DNA from: a virus
Taxonomy: Duplodnaviria > Caudoviricetes
Reading direction: 5' to 3' (one strand)
IMG/VR virus record: IMGVR_UViG_3300011113_000415
DNA: 64,000 nt
Shown piece by piece: positions 47,712 through 57,887 of the stretch. The position numbers and the translations under genes were made by a program. Each line of letters opens with the position of its first letter. The stretch's first letter is position 1. The notes under the pieces were generated by a model. It saw only the letters and a program-made list of their open reading frames with translations. It did no database searches and was not told the origin of the DNA.

Positions 47712-50700
47712 ATGGCCCTTACCAGTCCAGGTGTACAAGTCACCATCGTAGACGAAAGCAACTATCTTTCAGCCGCAACAAATTCGGTACCATACTTTTT
47801 GATTGCCACAGCGCAAGACAAAGTATCCGGATCAGGAGTGGGTGTAGCCGCTGGCACACTCAAGGCCAATGCCAATCGAGCCTATTTGATTACCAGTCAA
47901 CGAGATCTGACTGCTACATTTGGCAATCCCTTCTTTTACAAGACCACTATTGGTACTCCAATCAATGGTTATGAACTCAATGAATATGGTTTATTGGCCG
48001 CTTATTCAGCACTGGGTGTGACCAATCGTGCCTATGTACAGCGTTGTGACATTGATTTAACCCAACTTACAGCCAGTTTGGTACGCCCTACAGGCGAGCC
48101 CGACAACGGTACCTATTGGCTAGACACTGCCAACACCTTATGGGGTATTTGGGAATGGAATGCCACAACAGGCGCCTTCAGTAACATGGTACCAAGTGTG
48201 ATTACAGATACTGCTTATTTAAGTGGTGGAGTTCCCATTGACAGTTACGGCAATATTGGTGACTATGCAGTTGTGGCCACAAACACAGCCAATCCTGTTT
48301 ATTATAAAAATGGAGCGGCCGATAGTACTCAAAGTACCTCTAGTCATTTGGTCAATCTATACAATACCTGGGTACTGGTGGGCAGTAATGACTGGAAAGT
48401 AAGTTATCCCACAATCACAGGTGCCAACGCTGTCACAAGCGATTTAACTGGTGGAAATACTTTGGTAATCAATGGAACTACTGTTACAGTTCCTGTAGCC
48501 CCTAACAACGATATTGCAGGACTCAGCGCCGCAATTAACTCTGCCGGTATCGATGGAGTCCACAGTGCAGTAATTGACAACAAGTTGACCTTGTATTGTG
48601 ATGCTACTTCCTCAGCAGACGGATCATCCGCTGATGATGGTATTATTGTGATCAACAGTTCGGGCAGTACTCCTGGTTTGATTACCACACTAGGACTTAC
48701 TACCAATACTGCTTTCTTTGCTCCACAACTGCAACAAAGTCCAAGTTATCAAAATCCACGTTGGAATTCAACAGGTGCCACACCAAGACCTACAGGTTCA
48801 GTCTGGAACAAGACCAACAGTGTGAATCTCGGCACTACAATGGTTGTGAAAAAATATTCAACTGCCTTGGCTGCTTTTGTACAACAGAGTGCTACAGTTT
48901 ATGCCAATGATTGGACAGCCAACGCAACTTTGGATGCAACAGGCGGAGGCAAACTGATTCCAGCCGGAACCACTTACACTCAATACAATGTGAGCCCTGA
49001 AACCAATGGCGGCCCCACCGGCAACTACCCTTTCAATCCCACGTACACACTGCAAGTGTTTGAAAGATCCGCAGTGGGCGCCACAGTGATCACTGGAGAT
49101 GACGATGCAGCCACGTTTACAATTGGTGATCAGTTTTATATCATGACATCAACTGCCAACAGCACCACACTTACAACACCTGTGTTGGCTACCTTGGCTG
49201 GTACTACACCTGCTGACTTTGTGACAGCAGTTAGTGCGGCTGCGGTGCCAAATGTCACTGCCAGTGTGGACAGTAGCGGATACATTGTGCTGACCCAAAC
49301 ACAAGGTGGTGTAATTTTGTTACAAAATGCCAATGCCACTACTCCAGTGACCAAAGCAGGTTTCAACACCACAGTAACAGGTTGTCGCAATGTGTACCTT
49401 GACACAGACACAAGTGTACCGATCACCGCGTCTGATGACACCTGGTTGAACCTAAGCAACTGGGTGGCAGCAACTTACACAGCCAGTGCTACAGCCCCTG
49501 ATCAGGATCCTGCTGACGGTCGTTATTGGTATTATTCAGCAACCAATCAAGTGGATATCATGATTCAAAGCGGTACAGGCTGGGTGGGTTATCGTAACGA
49601 AACCAATGACATTCGTGGCTACAACTTGAGTCTAACCAATGCTACTGGACCCATAATCAGTGCCACAGCACCTACCACTCAAACTGACAGCACAGCCTTG
49701 GAGTACGGTGATATCTGGATTGACACTAGCAATCTTGAACTGTACCCTGTGATCAATCGTTGGTCAGTAGTGGACGGAGTTGAACAATGGATCACGCTAG
49801 ACAACACAGATCAAACCACACAAAATGGTGTGTTGTTTGCAGATGCTCGTTGGAGTTCAACAGGCACAGTAAATCCAATCACAGGTGCATTGCCTACAAT
49901 TACCAGTTTGTTGACCAGCAACTACTTGGACATTGATGCTCCGGACTACACATTGTATCCAACTGGCATGTTGTTGTTTAACACACGCCGTTCGGGATTC
50001 AACGTCAAGAGTTTCCAAAGCAACTACTTTAATGCAACAGATTTTGCATATGATACCTGGAGTTCATCTACTCAGTATGCTGTAGGCGATCAGGTTTTGT
50101 ACAACACCGTGTTGTATGTGGCCATTGCTACTCCTCCTGTGTCAACTGTGCCTACCAATACCACCTATTGGAGTGAATTGCAAACCAACTGTTGGGTCAC
50201 CGCCAGTGGCAATCGCAATGACGGATCGCCAAACATGGGACGTTTTGCTCAGCGTGAACTGATTGTGGCAGCACTCAAAGCCGGTATTGACACCAGTGTG
50301 ACCATAAGAGAAGAACAAAACCAGTTCAACTTAACTGCATGTACAGCCTATCCTGAATTGATTCCCAACATGTTGGCACTCAGCAACGAGCGCAACAACA
50401 CAGTGTTTGTGGTAGGCGATACCCCAATGCGTTTGCCAGCGACTGGCGCAGACATCATCAGTTGGGCCACCAACAATGGGGGTGCTGGTTATGTCACAGG
50501 CGACGGACTCACTTCTAATTCACCATATGTGGGCGTGTTCTGGCCCAGTTGCCAGACCACTGACCTGTCAGGGGCCGCAGTGGTCACGGCTCCAAGTCAC
50601 ATGATGGTGAGAACTATTATTCGCAACGATGAAGTGGCTTACCCATGGTTGGCACCAGCAGGTACACGTCGTGGTGTGATAGACAATGCTGACAAAATTG

Positions 50701-51203
50701 GTTACATCAATGCTCAAACAGGTGAGTTTGTGACCTTGGGTGTTAACCAAGGCTTACGCGATGTACTATATCAAAATCAAGTAAACCCAATCACGTTTGT
50801 ACCTGGTGTGGGCATCACCAACTTTGGTAACAAAACCACACAAACAGCAACCACAAGTTTAGATCGCATCAACGTGGCACGTTTGGTTGTGTTTATTCGC
50901 AACAGGCTTGAATCAATTGGCAAGCAGTTCTTGTTTGAACCCAATGATCAAATCACCCGTGATGAAATCAAGAACGCTGTTACAAGCCTAATGATTGATC
51001 TGGTGGCCAAGCGTGGTATCTATGACTACCTGGTGGTGTGTGACGATACCAACAATACACCTGCTAGAATTGATGCCAACGAACTGTGGGTGGACATTGC
51101 AATTGAACCGGTCAAGGCAGTGGAATTCATCTATATTCCAGTTCGTCTCAAGAACACAGGCGAGATTGCAGCCGGCCAAACAGCAGTGGCACAAGCAGTC
51201 TAA
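47712..51203 (+). CDS. gp18: Tail sheath protein
   Basis: MALTSPGVQVTIVDES N-terminus. C-terminal PWLAPAGTRRG, LYQNQVNPI, DRINVARL, FLFEPND, IEPVKAVEFIYIP. Confidence 0.95.
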   Translation: MALTSPGVQVTIVDESNYLSAATNSVPYFLIATAQDKVSGSGVGVAAGTLKANANRAYLITSQRDLTATFGNPFFYKTTIGTPINGYELNEYGLLAAYSALGVTNRAYVQRCDIDLTQLTASLVRPTGEPDNGTYWLDTANTLWGIWEWNATTGAFSNMVPSVITDTAYLSGGVPIDSYGNIGDYAVVATNTANPVYYKNGAADSTQSTSSHLVNLYNTWVLVGSNDWKVSYPTITGANAVTSDLTGGNTLVINGTTVTVPVAPNNDIAGLSAAINSAGIDGVHSAVIDNKLTLYCDATSSADGSSADDGIIVINSSGSTPGLITTLGLTTNTAFFAPQLQQSPSYQNPRWNSTGATPRPTGSVWNKTNSVNLGTTMVVKKYSTALAAFVQQSATVYANDWTANATLDATGGGKLIPAGTTYTQYNVSPETNGGPTGNYPFNPTYTLQVFERSAVGATVITGDDDAATFTIGDQFYIMTSTANSTTLTTPVLATLAGTTPADFVTAVSAAAVPNVTASVDSSGYIVLTQTQGGVILLQNANATTPVTKAGFNTTVTGCRNVYLDTDTSVPITASDDTWLNLSNWVAATYTASATAPDQDPADGRYWYYSATNQVDIMIQSGTGWVGYRNETNDIRGYNLSLTNATGPIISATAPTTQTDSTALEYGDIWIDTSNLELYPVINRWSVVDGVEQWITLDNTDQTTQNGVLFADARWSSTGTVNPITGALPTITSLLTSNYLDIDAPDYTLYPTGMLLFNTRRSGFNVKSFQSNYFNATDFAYDTWSSSTQYAVGDQVLYNTVLYVAIATPPVSTVPTNTTYWSELQTNCWVTASGNRNDGSPNMGRFAQRELIVAALKAGIDTSVTIREEQNQFNLTACTAYPELIPNMLALSNERNNTVFVVGDTPMRLPATGADIISWATNNGGAGYVTGDGLTSNSPYVGVFWPSCQTTDLSGAAVVTAPSHMMVRTIIRNDEVAYPWLAPAGTRRGVIDNADKIGYINAQTGEFVTLGVNQGLRDVLYQNQVNPITFVPGVGITNFGNKTTQTATTSLDRINVARLVVFIRNRLESIGKQFLFEPNDQITRDEIKNAVTSLMIDLVAKRGIYDYLVVCDDTNNTPARIDANELWVDIAIEPVKAVEFIYIPVRLKNTGEIAAGQTAVAQAV

Positions 51204-51221
51204 CGATATCGCTAGACAGGG

Positions 51222-51250
51222 AAATGGGGTGGCAACACCCCATTTTTTTT
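51222..51250 (+). terminator. Intrinsic terminator after the sheath gene
   Basis: AAATGGGGTG-GCAA-CACCCCATTT followed by a T run. Confidence 0.85.
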
Positions 51251-51262
51251 GGCCTCAAACGA

Positions 51263-51270
51263 TATAAATA
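51263..51270 (+). promoter_or_regulatory. Late promoter TATAAATA
   Basis: Full T4 consensus upstream of AGGAG SD and ATG 51291. Confidence 0.75.
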
Positions 51271-51290
51271 ATCACATAGGAGATACTAAT

Positions 51291-51932
51291 ATGGCCGTTG
51301 CATCATTAACAAGAATGACAGTGCCCTTGGCAAGCGATCAAAGCGCAAGCAATCAGGGCATGCTCATGCCCAAACTCAAATATCGCTTTAGAGTGATATT
51401 TGAAAATCTTGGTGTAAGCACACCCAGAACAGAATTGACCAAACAGGTCATGGATTTCAAACGTCCCACAGTGAACTTTGATCCCATTGTGTTGCCCATC
51501 TACAACAGCGAACTCAAACTGAGTGGCAAGCCACACTGGACTGATGTCACCTGCACCTTGAGAGATGATGCATCAGGACAGGTGTCAAAACTGGTAGGCG
51601 AGCAACTGCAAAAGCAAATGGACTTCTTGGAAATGGCATCTGCGGCTTCGGGCATTGACTACAAGTTTACCACTAGATTTGAAGTGTTGGATGGTGGCAA
51701 CGGCGCTGCCACACCCATAGTACTGGAAACCTGGGAACTGTATGGTTGCTATTTGGGATCAGTAGACTATGCTGATGCCAACTATGGGGAAAATAATCCA
51801 ATGACCATTGCACTGACCATTGTGTACGACAACGCCAACCAGACACCCAATGGCACTGGTGTTGGTACTGCAATTGCTAGAACTGTCAACGACGTTGTAA
51901 CTGGCGCTGGCACAGCACAGTCCATACAATAA
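51291..51932 (+). CDS. gp19: Tail tube protein
   Basis: PKLKYRFRV, KLSGKPHWTDVTCTLRDD, ETWELYGCY, directly after the sheath. Start moved to ATG 51291. Confidence 0.88.
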   Translation: MAVASLTRMTVPLASDQSASNQGMLMPKLKYRFRVIFENLGVSTPRTELTKQVMDFKRPTVNFDPIVLPIYNSELKLSGKPHWTDVTCTLRDDASGQVSKLVGEQLQKQMDFLEMASAASGIDYKFTTRFEVLDGGNGAATPIVLETWELYGCYLGSVDYADANYGENNPMTIALTIVYDNANQTPNGTGVGTAIARTVNDVVTGAGTAQSIQ

Positions 51933-51944
51933 GGATCGACTGAT

Positions 51945-53096
51945 ATGCAATGGGGTCAGGATTTCCTGACAGGTTTTTTTGGTGGGCAAGGTCTTAAAGA
52001 TTATGCCCATGCCAGCAAGACCTTTAGAACCAATGGATATGAACTTGCTCCGCGGAACAAGTTCCTGTTTCATGTTTACTTCAATCTTAATACAACCGAA
52101 ATTCCCACACTGAGAAATGCATTTCCCACAACATCACAAGCAGAACTAGGGTTACTGGTCAAAACTATACAGTTGCCAAACTATAGTCTTGACACCGAAA
52201 CACTTAATCAATACAACCGTAAACGGATAATACAAAAGAAAATCAACTATCAGCCAGTAAGCATGACATTTCATGACGACGGCGGCGATCTAAGTAGACT
52301 GCTTTGGTATAACTATTATTCATACTATTACAAAGATCCCAATCAGCAGTATGGATCAGCACCCAACATGAATGGCAGTATAGGTCAAGTGGCCAATGAA
52401 CCAGGGTTTTCATACAACTCTAGAGACATTTATGCCAACAACAGACCAGTCAATGACTGGGGCTACATTGGCGAAGGATATATGCAAGCCTCTGCAGGTG
52501 CAAGCGGAAATCTAGGTGGTAACCAAAGCACCGGCAAACCTGCCTTTTTCAGAGATATTACCATTTATGGCCTAGATCAACACAAATGGGCTAGTTATGT
52601 ACTGATCAATCCGCTAATCAAAGAGTGGAAACACGATCAGTATAACTATAGTGAAGGCGGCGGCACTATGGAAAATTCAATGACAGTGGAATATGAAACC
52701 GTGAAATATTATACAGGTGCCATTGGCGGGTCAAGATCTGACACCAACGTCAAAGGCTTTGCTGATCCTGCACACTATGACAACATTAGATCAAGTCTGG
52801 CAAGACCTGGTAGCACAAGAACTGTACTAGGTCAAGGTGGATTGTTGGATGCTGGCATTGGTATTGTGCAAGACTTACAAAGCGGTGGAGTAACAGGCAT
52901 AATCGGTGCTGTGCAAAAAGCCGGCACAGCCTACAACACATTCAAAGGTCAAAACATCCGGAGCATCGTTAACGAAGAAGCCAATGCGGCACTGAAAAGT
53001 GTGATACGCAACAGCATACCAGGTGCTGTGAGACAACAACAAAGTGGCTCAGGTGGCTTTGTGTTTCCTAGATCACCGGGATACGGACAAGGATAA
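51945..53096 (+). CDS. Tail tube-like paralog / baseplate tube protein
   Basis: LLVKTIQLP.Y.LDTETLNQYNRKRIIQKKINYQPVSMTFHDD...LINPLIKEWKHDQYNY is a gp19-like fold pattern. Confidence 0.65.
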   Translation: MQWGQDFLTGFFGGQGLKDYAHASKTFRTNGYELAPRNKFLFHVYFNLNTTEIPTLRNAFPTTSQAELGLLVKTIQLPNYSLDTETLNQYNRKRIIQKKINYQPVSMTFHDDGGDLSRLLWYNYYSYYYKDPNQQYGSAPNMNGSIGQVANEPGFSYNSRDIYANNRPVNDWGYIGEGYMQASAGASGNLGGNQSTGKPAFFRDITIYGLDQHKWASYVLINPLIKEWKHDQYNYSEGGGTMENSMTVEYETVKYYTGAIGGSRSDTNVKGFADPAHYDNIRSSLARPGSTRTVLGQGGLLDAGIGIVQDLQSGGVTGIIGAVQKAGTAYNTFKGQNIRSIVNEEANAALKSVIRNSIPGAVRQQQSGSGGFVFPRSPGYGQG

Positions 53097-53098
53097 TC

Positions 53099-53461
53099 AT
53101 GGGCGGTTCAGTTAATTCACCAAATGAAAATAATGATTTAACAGTCAGAATCTTTGACGGCTTCTACAGTTACGAACAGTTTGTGAGTGCAGAAGAATAC
53201 GATGTGGTCTACAGTTATCTCAAGAGTGTGTTCACTACAGATGCGGCAGCAGGTAACTTTGCAGTGGCCCTGTTTAGAATTGCTGATGAAACTCGTACTC
53301 CTGTACTCACAATATTGCAAAGTTTACAAGGTCAAGACGCACTAACGTTGACACAGACCTTGTGTTACTATCTCAACAACATGCGAAGCGGTAGTACGTT
53401 GTTGGGCTTTGGTGCACCTGTAACTCCTAACTATTATACTGCTAGAAATGTCGTGGCATGA
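53099..53461 (+). CDS. Hypothetical protein
   Basis: 120 aa, tightly coupled between the tube paralog and gp4. Confidence 0.7.
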   Translation: MGGSVNSPNENNDLTVRIFDGFYSYEQFVSAEEYDVVYSYLKSVFTTDAAAGNFAVALFRIADETRTPVLTILQSLQGQDALTLTQTLCYYLNNMRSGSTLLGFGAPVTPNYYTARNVVA

Positions 53462-53889
53462 GTCGCTGGGCCAATGGTATATACACCCTGGTGAACCCTG
53501 CCAAGTATGTGGGCAAGGGTGTGCCTAGATACAGATCCGGCTGGGAGCATGCGTTCTTTAAATTCTGTGACTCAAATGACGCTGTGTTACAGTGGGCGTC
53601 GGAAAGCATAGCCATACCCTATCGCAATCCCATCACCGGCAAGCAAAGTCAGTACATACCCGACATACTAATGACCTATCGCACCAGAGGCAACCAAGTG
53701 CGAGCAGAGTTGATAGAAATCAAACCCAAAAAGCAAAGCGTGATCGAATCAAAAATGTCGGCCCGTGACCGTGCTGTGGTTGCTATCAACTATGCCAAGT
53801 GGGACGCCGCAACCAAATGGGCCAAACGAAACGGGCTCCTGTTCCGTGTGATCACCGAAGATCAAATGTTCAAGAACGGTAGCAAATAG
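53458..53889 (+). CDS. gp4: Head completion nuclease (TnsA-like)
   Basis: KYVGK...YRSGWE...FCDSN..VLQWASE...YIPD...IEIKP...NYAKW.AA. Confidence 0.85.
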   Translation: MSRWANGIYTLVNPAKYVGKGVPRYRSGWEHAFFKFCDSNDAVLQWASESIAIPYRNPITGKQSQYIPDILMTYRTRGNQVRAELIEIKPKKQSVIESKMSARDRAVVAINYAKWDAATKWAKRNGLLFRVITEDQMFKNGSK

Positions 53890-53910
53890 CCCCTACCCAC
53901 AAGTTTGCGG

Positions 53911-53916
53911 TAAATA
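53911..53916 (+). promoter_or_regulatory. Late promoter TAAATA
   Basis: GCGGTAAATA-tggc-ATG(53921). Confidence 0.65.
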
Positions 53917-53920
53917 TGGC

Positions 53921-54406
53921 ATGACCCGCAAATTAGAAGAACTCTTTGATTTACCCCCAAACGACGCCCCAGAGCCTGAAGATGCGCCCACTGTTGAAGA
54001 AACACGCACCTACATTGCTGAAATAGATGACACCATTGACAAGATTGATGCGGCCCTGCCGGGTGTGCGTGATCTCAGCGCCAGTGATGACGAAATGGAC
54101 GACCTGGCAAAAAAAGCCACTGACAGTTTTGACGAACTCATGACACTTGGGATGAACGTCGATTCAAGATTTGCCGCAGAAATCTTTGGCGTGGCCGGCA
54201 CAATGTTGGGCCATGCGCTCACAGCCAAAACAGCCAAACTAAACAAAAAACTCCGAGTGATTGATCTACAGTTGAAAAAAGCCCGACTGGATCAACAAAA
54301 CCCTGACGATGCACCCACACAGCCGGGCCAAGGCCATGTTCTGGATCGCAACGAAATCTTGGAACGCTTGATCGGCGACAGACGAACAATCGCCAAAAAA
54401 GAATAA
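53921..54406 (+). CDS. Helical protein, possibly terminase small subunit
   Basis: 161 aa, coiled-coil pattern (FDELMTLGMNV...AEIFGVA...AK.AKL.KKL...LQLKK) with a late promoter. Identity is inference only. Confidence 0.45.
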   Translation: MTRKLEELFDLPPNDAPEPEDAPTVEETRTYIAEIDDTIDKIDAALPGVRDLSASDDEMDDLAKKATDSFDELMTLGMNVDSRFAAEIFGVAGTMLGHALTAKTAKLNKKLRVIDLQLKKARLDQQNPDDAPTQPGQGHVLDRNEILERLIGDRRTIAKKE

Positions 54407-54409
54407 ATA
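54404..54409 (+). promoter_or_regulatory. Late promoter TAAATA (overlaps stop)
   Basis: GAATAAATA upstream of AGGA SD and ATG 54427. Confidence 0.55.
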
Positions 54410-54426
54410 TCATATAGGACCTTATC

Positions 54427-55035
54427 ATGAAGACATTTCATCAATATCTCGCAGAATCTCAGCGCACATACGACTACAGGATCAAAATCCTAGGTGAAGT
54501 GCCACCTGATTTTGTGAAAAACCTCGAAGAAAAAATGGCACAGTTTGACATTGTCAAAATTTCTCGCCCAAAAACCACACCTGTGCAAAAGTTGCAGAAA
54601 GACTTTCCTGGCGCAGAAAATGAGAGCATGACTTTCATGGATGTGAGTTTTAGATATCCTGCCATTGAACCACAGATCAAACAGTTGGCACAGTTGTTGG
54701 GTTTCAATCCCAACCGAATCACACTGCAAACAGCAGCCTATGATGACAGCATTGCCAAAGAGATTGCTGACATCACAGCACAGAACAAAGACTTGATTGC
54801 TGACACTGATTATCCTGCACCTGATGCAGAACAAAAAGCCTTGAGCCAAGACTACTCAGCCAATCCCTATCAACATGCAGTATTGAAGAATGAATACCGT
54901 TCAGACTTTACTGTGGCCGGCGGCAAGACACCTCCTGCAAAAACCACAAATGATATTCCAACACAGGACAAGAGCCCGTTCAACAATATCAAGCGTCAAC
55001 CCCGCCCAGCAACTGGTGCAACCCCAAGAGGATAA
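54427..55035 (+). CDS. Probable internal head protein
   Basis: N-terminus MKTFHQYLAE closely resembles the T4 internal-protein capsid-targeting sequence MKTYQEFIAE. Confidence 0.6.
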   Translation: MKTFHQYLAESQRTYDYRIKILGEVPPDFVKNLEEKMAQFDIVKISRPKTTPVQKLQKDFPGAENESMTFMDVSFRYPAIEPQIKQLAQLLGFNPNRITLQTAAYDDSIAKEIADITAQNKDLIADTDYPAPDAEQKALSQDYSANPYQHAVLKNEYRSDFTVAGGKTPPAKTTNDIPTQDKSPFNNIKRQPRPATGATPRG

Positions 55036-55039
55036 TACA

Positions 55040-57382
55040 ATGACATTTTTTTACGACTTAAACAAACGCATGGCTGAACTAAGCCAAAAACAAACTCTCA
55101 CCGAAGGCGCAGTTGCTTTATCCAACAAGTGGATCCAAGGTGCTGTTAATCCTGCACACAAAGGTGACCTGCACAAGGCGTTGCATGTGGCTGCTGGTGA
55201 AAAGATTCCTAAGGCCAAGATTAACAAAGCCACTCACAGCAGTGATCCACATCTGCGTCATATGGCACAGTTTGCCAAGAACGTGGCACCCAAACAAGAA
55301 GGTGTGGGAGAAGGCGATACAAGTAGTCCAACAAAAACCACTGGCGGTCGGGCTAACATGCCAACCAGCGACGTAAGGAGCAAATATTATCCTCCTGCAA
55401 AACCGCCAGTCAAGAAGTTTGCCCAGCCAACCACTGCGTTTGATAGAAACAAGACCGGTGGTCTTTCTACAGCGTATGCTCAAGATCAAGCATCACGTCC
55501 AGCAGGTATGAATCCAAGTCCTGAATCGCGTTATAAAATAGGCGAAGAAGGTGGCATTCCAATGACAGCCAAGCAAAAATCATTTGCTGCCTTGGCACCT
55601 CCCAAAGACAAAATTACATTTGCTGACAAGATTGCCGGTGCCAAACAAGAAGTTGAAGAAATGTTGGGCGACGTGGCTGCCGAAGCCATCAAGAGCGCAC
55701 TGACTCCCAAGCAAAAGAAACTTGACCGCAACAACAACGGTAAGTTAGATGCACAAGACTTTGAGATGTTGCGTAAGGGCGCAAAACAAGAAACCGACGA
55801 AGGCTGGGACGAAATGGAACGTGACGTTAAAAAGCGTATGGGTCCAAAGGTTGGTGATGTCCGTCGTGGCGCACGTCATGACATTGAAACCACTGCCACT
55901 GGTGTTCGTGCCACACGTCGTTATGATGACGAAGAAGATGACAATCAACCCACAGGCGAAAAACGCAAGGCTGGCCGTCCCAAAGGCTCACGCAAAGCCA
56001 TGGGAGCCAAAGGTCCCAGCGGCCGGTCAAAGTTGATGACCCGAGAAGATGGTGTGGACATTGTTGATCGTGGTGAATACGATCAAGAAGGAGCCATGGC
56101 CAAAGATGACATCAAGACCATTGTGCGTCATGCTCAAGCCCTGGAAAAAATCCTAGGCGACAACGACAACTTGCCAGAATGGGTGCAGGCCAAGTTGGCC
56201 AAGATCGAAGGCATGATGACTGCTGTGGATGATTACATGCAGAATCAACAAGATGATGATCAAGAGATTGATGAAAAGGCACCTCTAGGTGCCAAGGCTG
56301 AACGCATGGTCAAACATATCAAGGCTGGTTATGCCAAAGATGGCAAATTGACAGATGTTGAAAAGCGCAAAGCCTACGGTGCGGCCTGGAAAGCACACAA
56401 TGCTGGTAAAGTGGAAGAAGAGTCCACAGACAAAGAAGATCAACGTGCTGAACGTGCAGGTCGTAAAGTAGCCAAAGACATTGAGTATGATGAAGGCCAC
56501 AAAGGCAAAGACGATAACCGGGCAGAAAAAGCCGGTAAAAGAGTCACCAAAGACATTGAGTACGATGACAAAAAAGATCGTAAAGAAAAGAAAGTAGATG
56601 AAACTACCACCAGTGGTTCAGTTGCTGCCAGCGATGCCGCTCCTAAAAAGAGCAAGGGCGGCATGCAAATTGGCAAAGGCATCTACGACAGCATGAATCG
56701 TGAATTAGAAAACATGATCTCTGAGTCAATGAGCATCAATGTGTCAATGACCAACGATGACAGCGGCTCACACAAGAACATCACTGTGACAGCAGCCGAT
56801 GAGGATGCAGAAATGTTGGCACAATTGCTGGCACGTGCAGGTTTGACCGGTGGTGCACACGGTCATCAAGAGCCTTGCCCAGACTGCGGATCAACTGATT
56901 GCGGTTGCGACGAAGCAGTTGAAGAAGCCTACGGTGATGTCACTGCCACAGAGAACAAGCCTGATTGGCCTACCGACACTGAATACAGTGACGATGCCCT
57001 GCAATACTCAGGTGGCTTAAACAAGCCCAAGACTGATGTTGCTGGTGACGGACAAACAACAGTTCCTAACACTGCTGTTCACACTCAAGACGAAGATGAA
57101 CTGCGTCGCATGATGGAAATGGCCGGCATTGACCAAAGCAAACTCAAGCCTTGGGAACGCACCATGAAGGAAGAAGAAGCAGTTGAAGAAGGTGTTGTGG
57201 ACACAGTTAAGAGCGTTGTGAAAAAAGGCCTTGAGAAACTGGGTCACGGGTCGGATCAAGACATGCGCAAAGACTTGCAAAAGAAAATGGGTGTGCCACC
57301 AACAGGTCAAAAGCCCGAGCCCAAAGACGACAAAAAGATGCAAGAAAGCCTGATGAAAGAGTTTGCTAACTTTAAGATCTAA
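55040..57382 (+). CDS. Large charged modular protein, probable internal head polyprotein
   Basis: Start moved to ATG 55040 (SD GAGG). Short modules separated by xxE/EE linkers. EF-hand-like loop DRNNNGKLDAQDF at about 55724-55762. Confidence 0.65.
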   Translation: MTFFYDLNKRMAELSQKQTLTEGAVALSNKWIQGAVNPAHKGDLHKALHVAAGEKIPKAKINKATHSSDPHLRHMAQFAKNVAPKQEGVGEGDTSSPTKTTGGRANMPTSDVRSKYYPPAKPPVKKFAQPTTAFDRNKTGGLSTAYAQDQASRPAGMNPSPESRYKIGEEGGIPMTAKQKSFAALAPPKDKITFADKIAGAKQEVEEMLGDVAAEAIKSALTPKQKKLDRNNNGKLDAQDFEMLRKGAKQETDEGWDEMERDVKKRMGPKVGDVRRGARHDIETTATGVRATRRYDDEEDDNQPTGEKRKAGRPKGSRKAMGAKGPSGRSKLMTREDGVDIVDRGEYDQEGAMAKDDIKTIVRHAQALEKILGDNDNLPEWVQAKLAKIEGMMTAVDDYMQNQQDDDQEIDEKAPLGAKAERMVKHIKAGYAKDGKLTDVEKRKAYGAAWKAHNAGKVEEESTDKEDQRAERAGRKVAKDIEYDEGHKGKDDNRAEKAGKRVTKDIEYDDKKDRKEKKVDETTTSGSVAASDAAPKKSKGGMQIGKGIYDSMNRELENMISESMSINVSMTNDDSGSHKNITVTAADEDAEMLAQLLARAGLTGGAHGHQEPCPDCGSTDCGCDEAVEEAYGDVTATENKPDWPTDTEYSDDALQYSGGLNKPKTDVAGDGQTTVPNTAVHTQDEDELRRMMEMAGIDQSKLKPWERTMKEEEAVEEGVVDTVKSVVKKGLEKLGHGSDQDMRKDLQKKMGVPPTGQKPEPKDDKKMQESLMKEFANFKI

Positions 57383-57383
57383 T

Positions 57384-57563
57384 ATGACACAACAGTATCA
57401 AACCTACGCAGAAACAATGTCACGCTTGGCGGAAAGACACCCGCCAGCACCCACACCTGCAGAGGTGCGCAATCAACCTGCAATGATACCCGGCGTGTTA
57501 AGCCAGACCACAAATCTGTTTCGCCCAGTGGCAGTGGCAGATCTCAATAAGGAATTAAAATAA
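57384..57563 (+). CDS. Small hypothetical protein
   Basis: MTQQYQTYAETMSRL..., 59 aa, TAATG overlap with the next gene. Confidence 0.55.
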   Translation: MTQQYQTYAETMSRLAERHPPAPTPAEVRNQPAMIPGVLSQTTNLFRPVAVADLNKELK

Positions 57564-57886
57564 TGGCTATTCAAGTCGTCAACGCAGTATCAAATGTGGC
57601 CTGGACCACAGACAAGGTAGAAATTGCTACCACAACCGCCAACGTGACTTTTCAAGTTTCAGTTGTACAATTGACCTATGTACAAGCAAATGGTGTTCCT
57701 GCAAACGCTACAATGACCACACCCACCGGCAATCTATATGCTAACGTTATAGTGGTCCCTGGCAACACAGTGCAACAATACTATGTTGGTGCAGGAAACT
57801 ATTTGAACATTGTGACAGGCACTGGCTTCTCGGCCACAGCACTAGGCGCAGCCTCATCAGCCACGGCAGGTTCAAACGGCATCTAA
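57563..57886 (+). CDS. Small beta-rich virion protein
   Basis: 107 aa, Thr/Val/Asn-rich, SD AAGGA. Confidence 0.65.
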   Translation: MAIQVVNAVSNVAWTTDKVEIATTTANVTFQVSVVQLTYVQANGVPANATMTTPTGNLYANVIVVPGNTVQQYYVGAGNYLNIVTGTGFSATALGAASSATAGSNGI

Positions 57887-57887
57887 C

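Noticed and set aside
54890-55039. Upstream starts given by the ORF track (also 6312, 8883, 11775, 15710, 21186, 25739, 43369, 44589, 51249, 57363)
   Set aside because: They overlap neighbouring genes or promoters. Downstream ATGs fit SD, TAAATA or ATGA-coupling evidence better.
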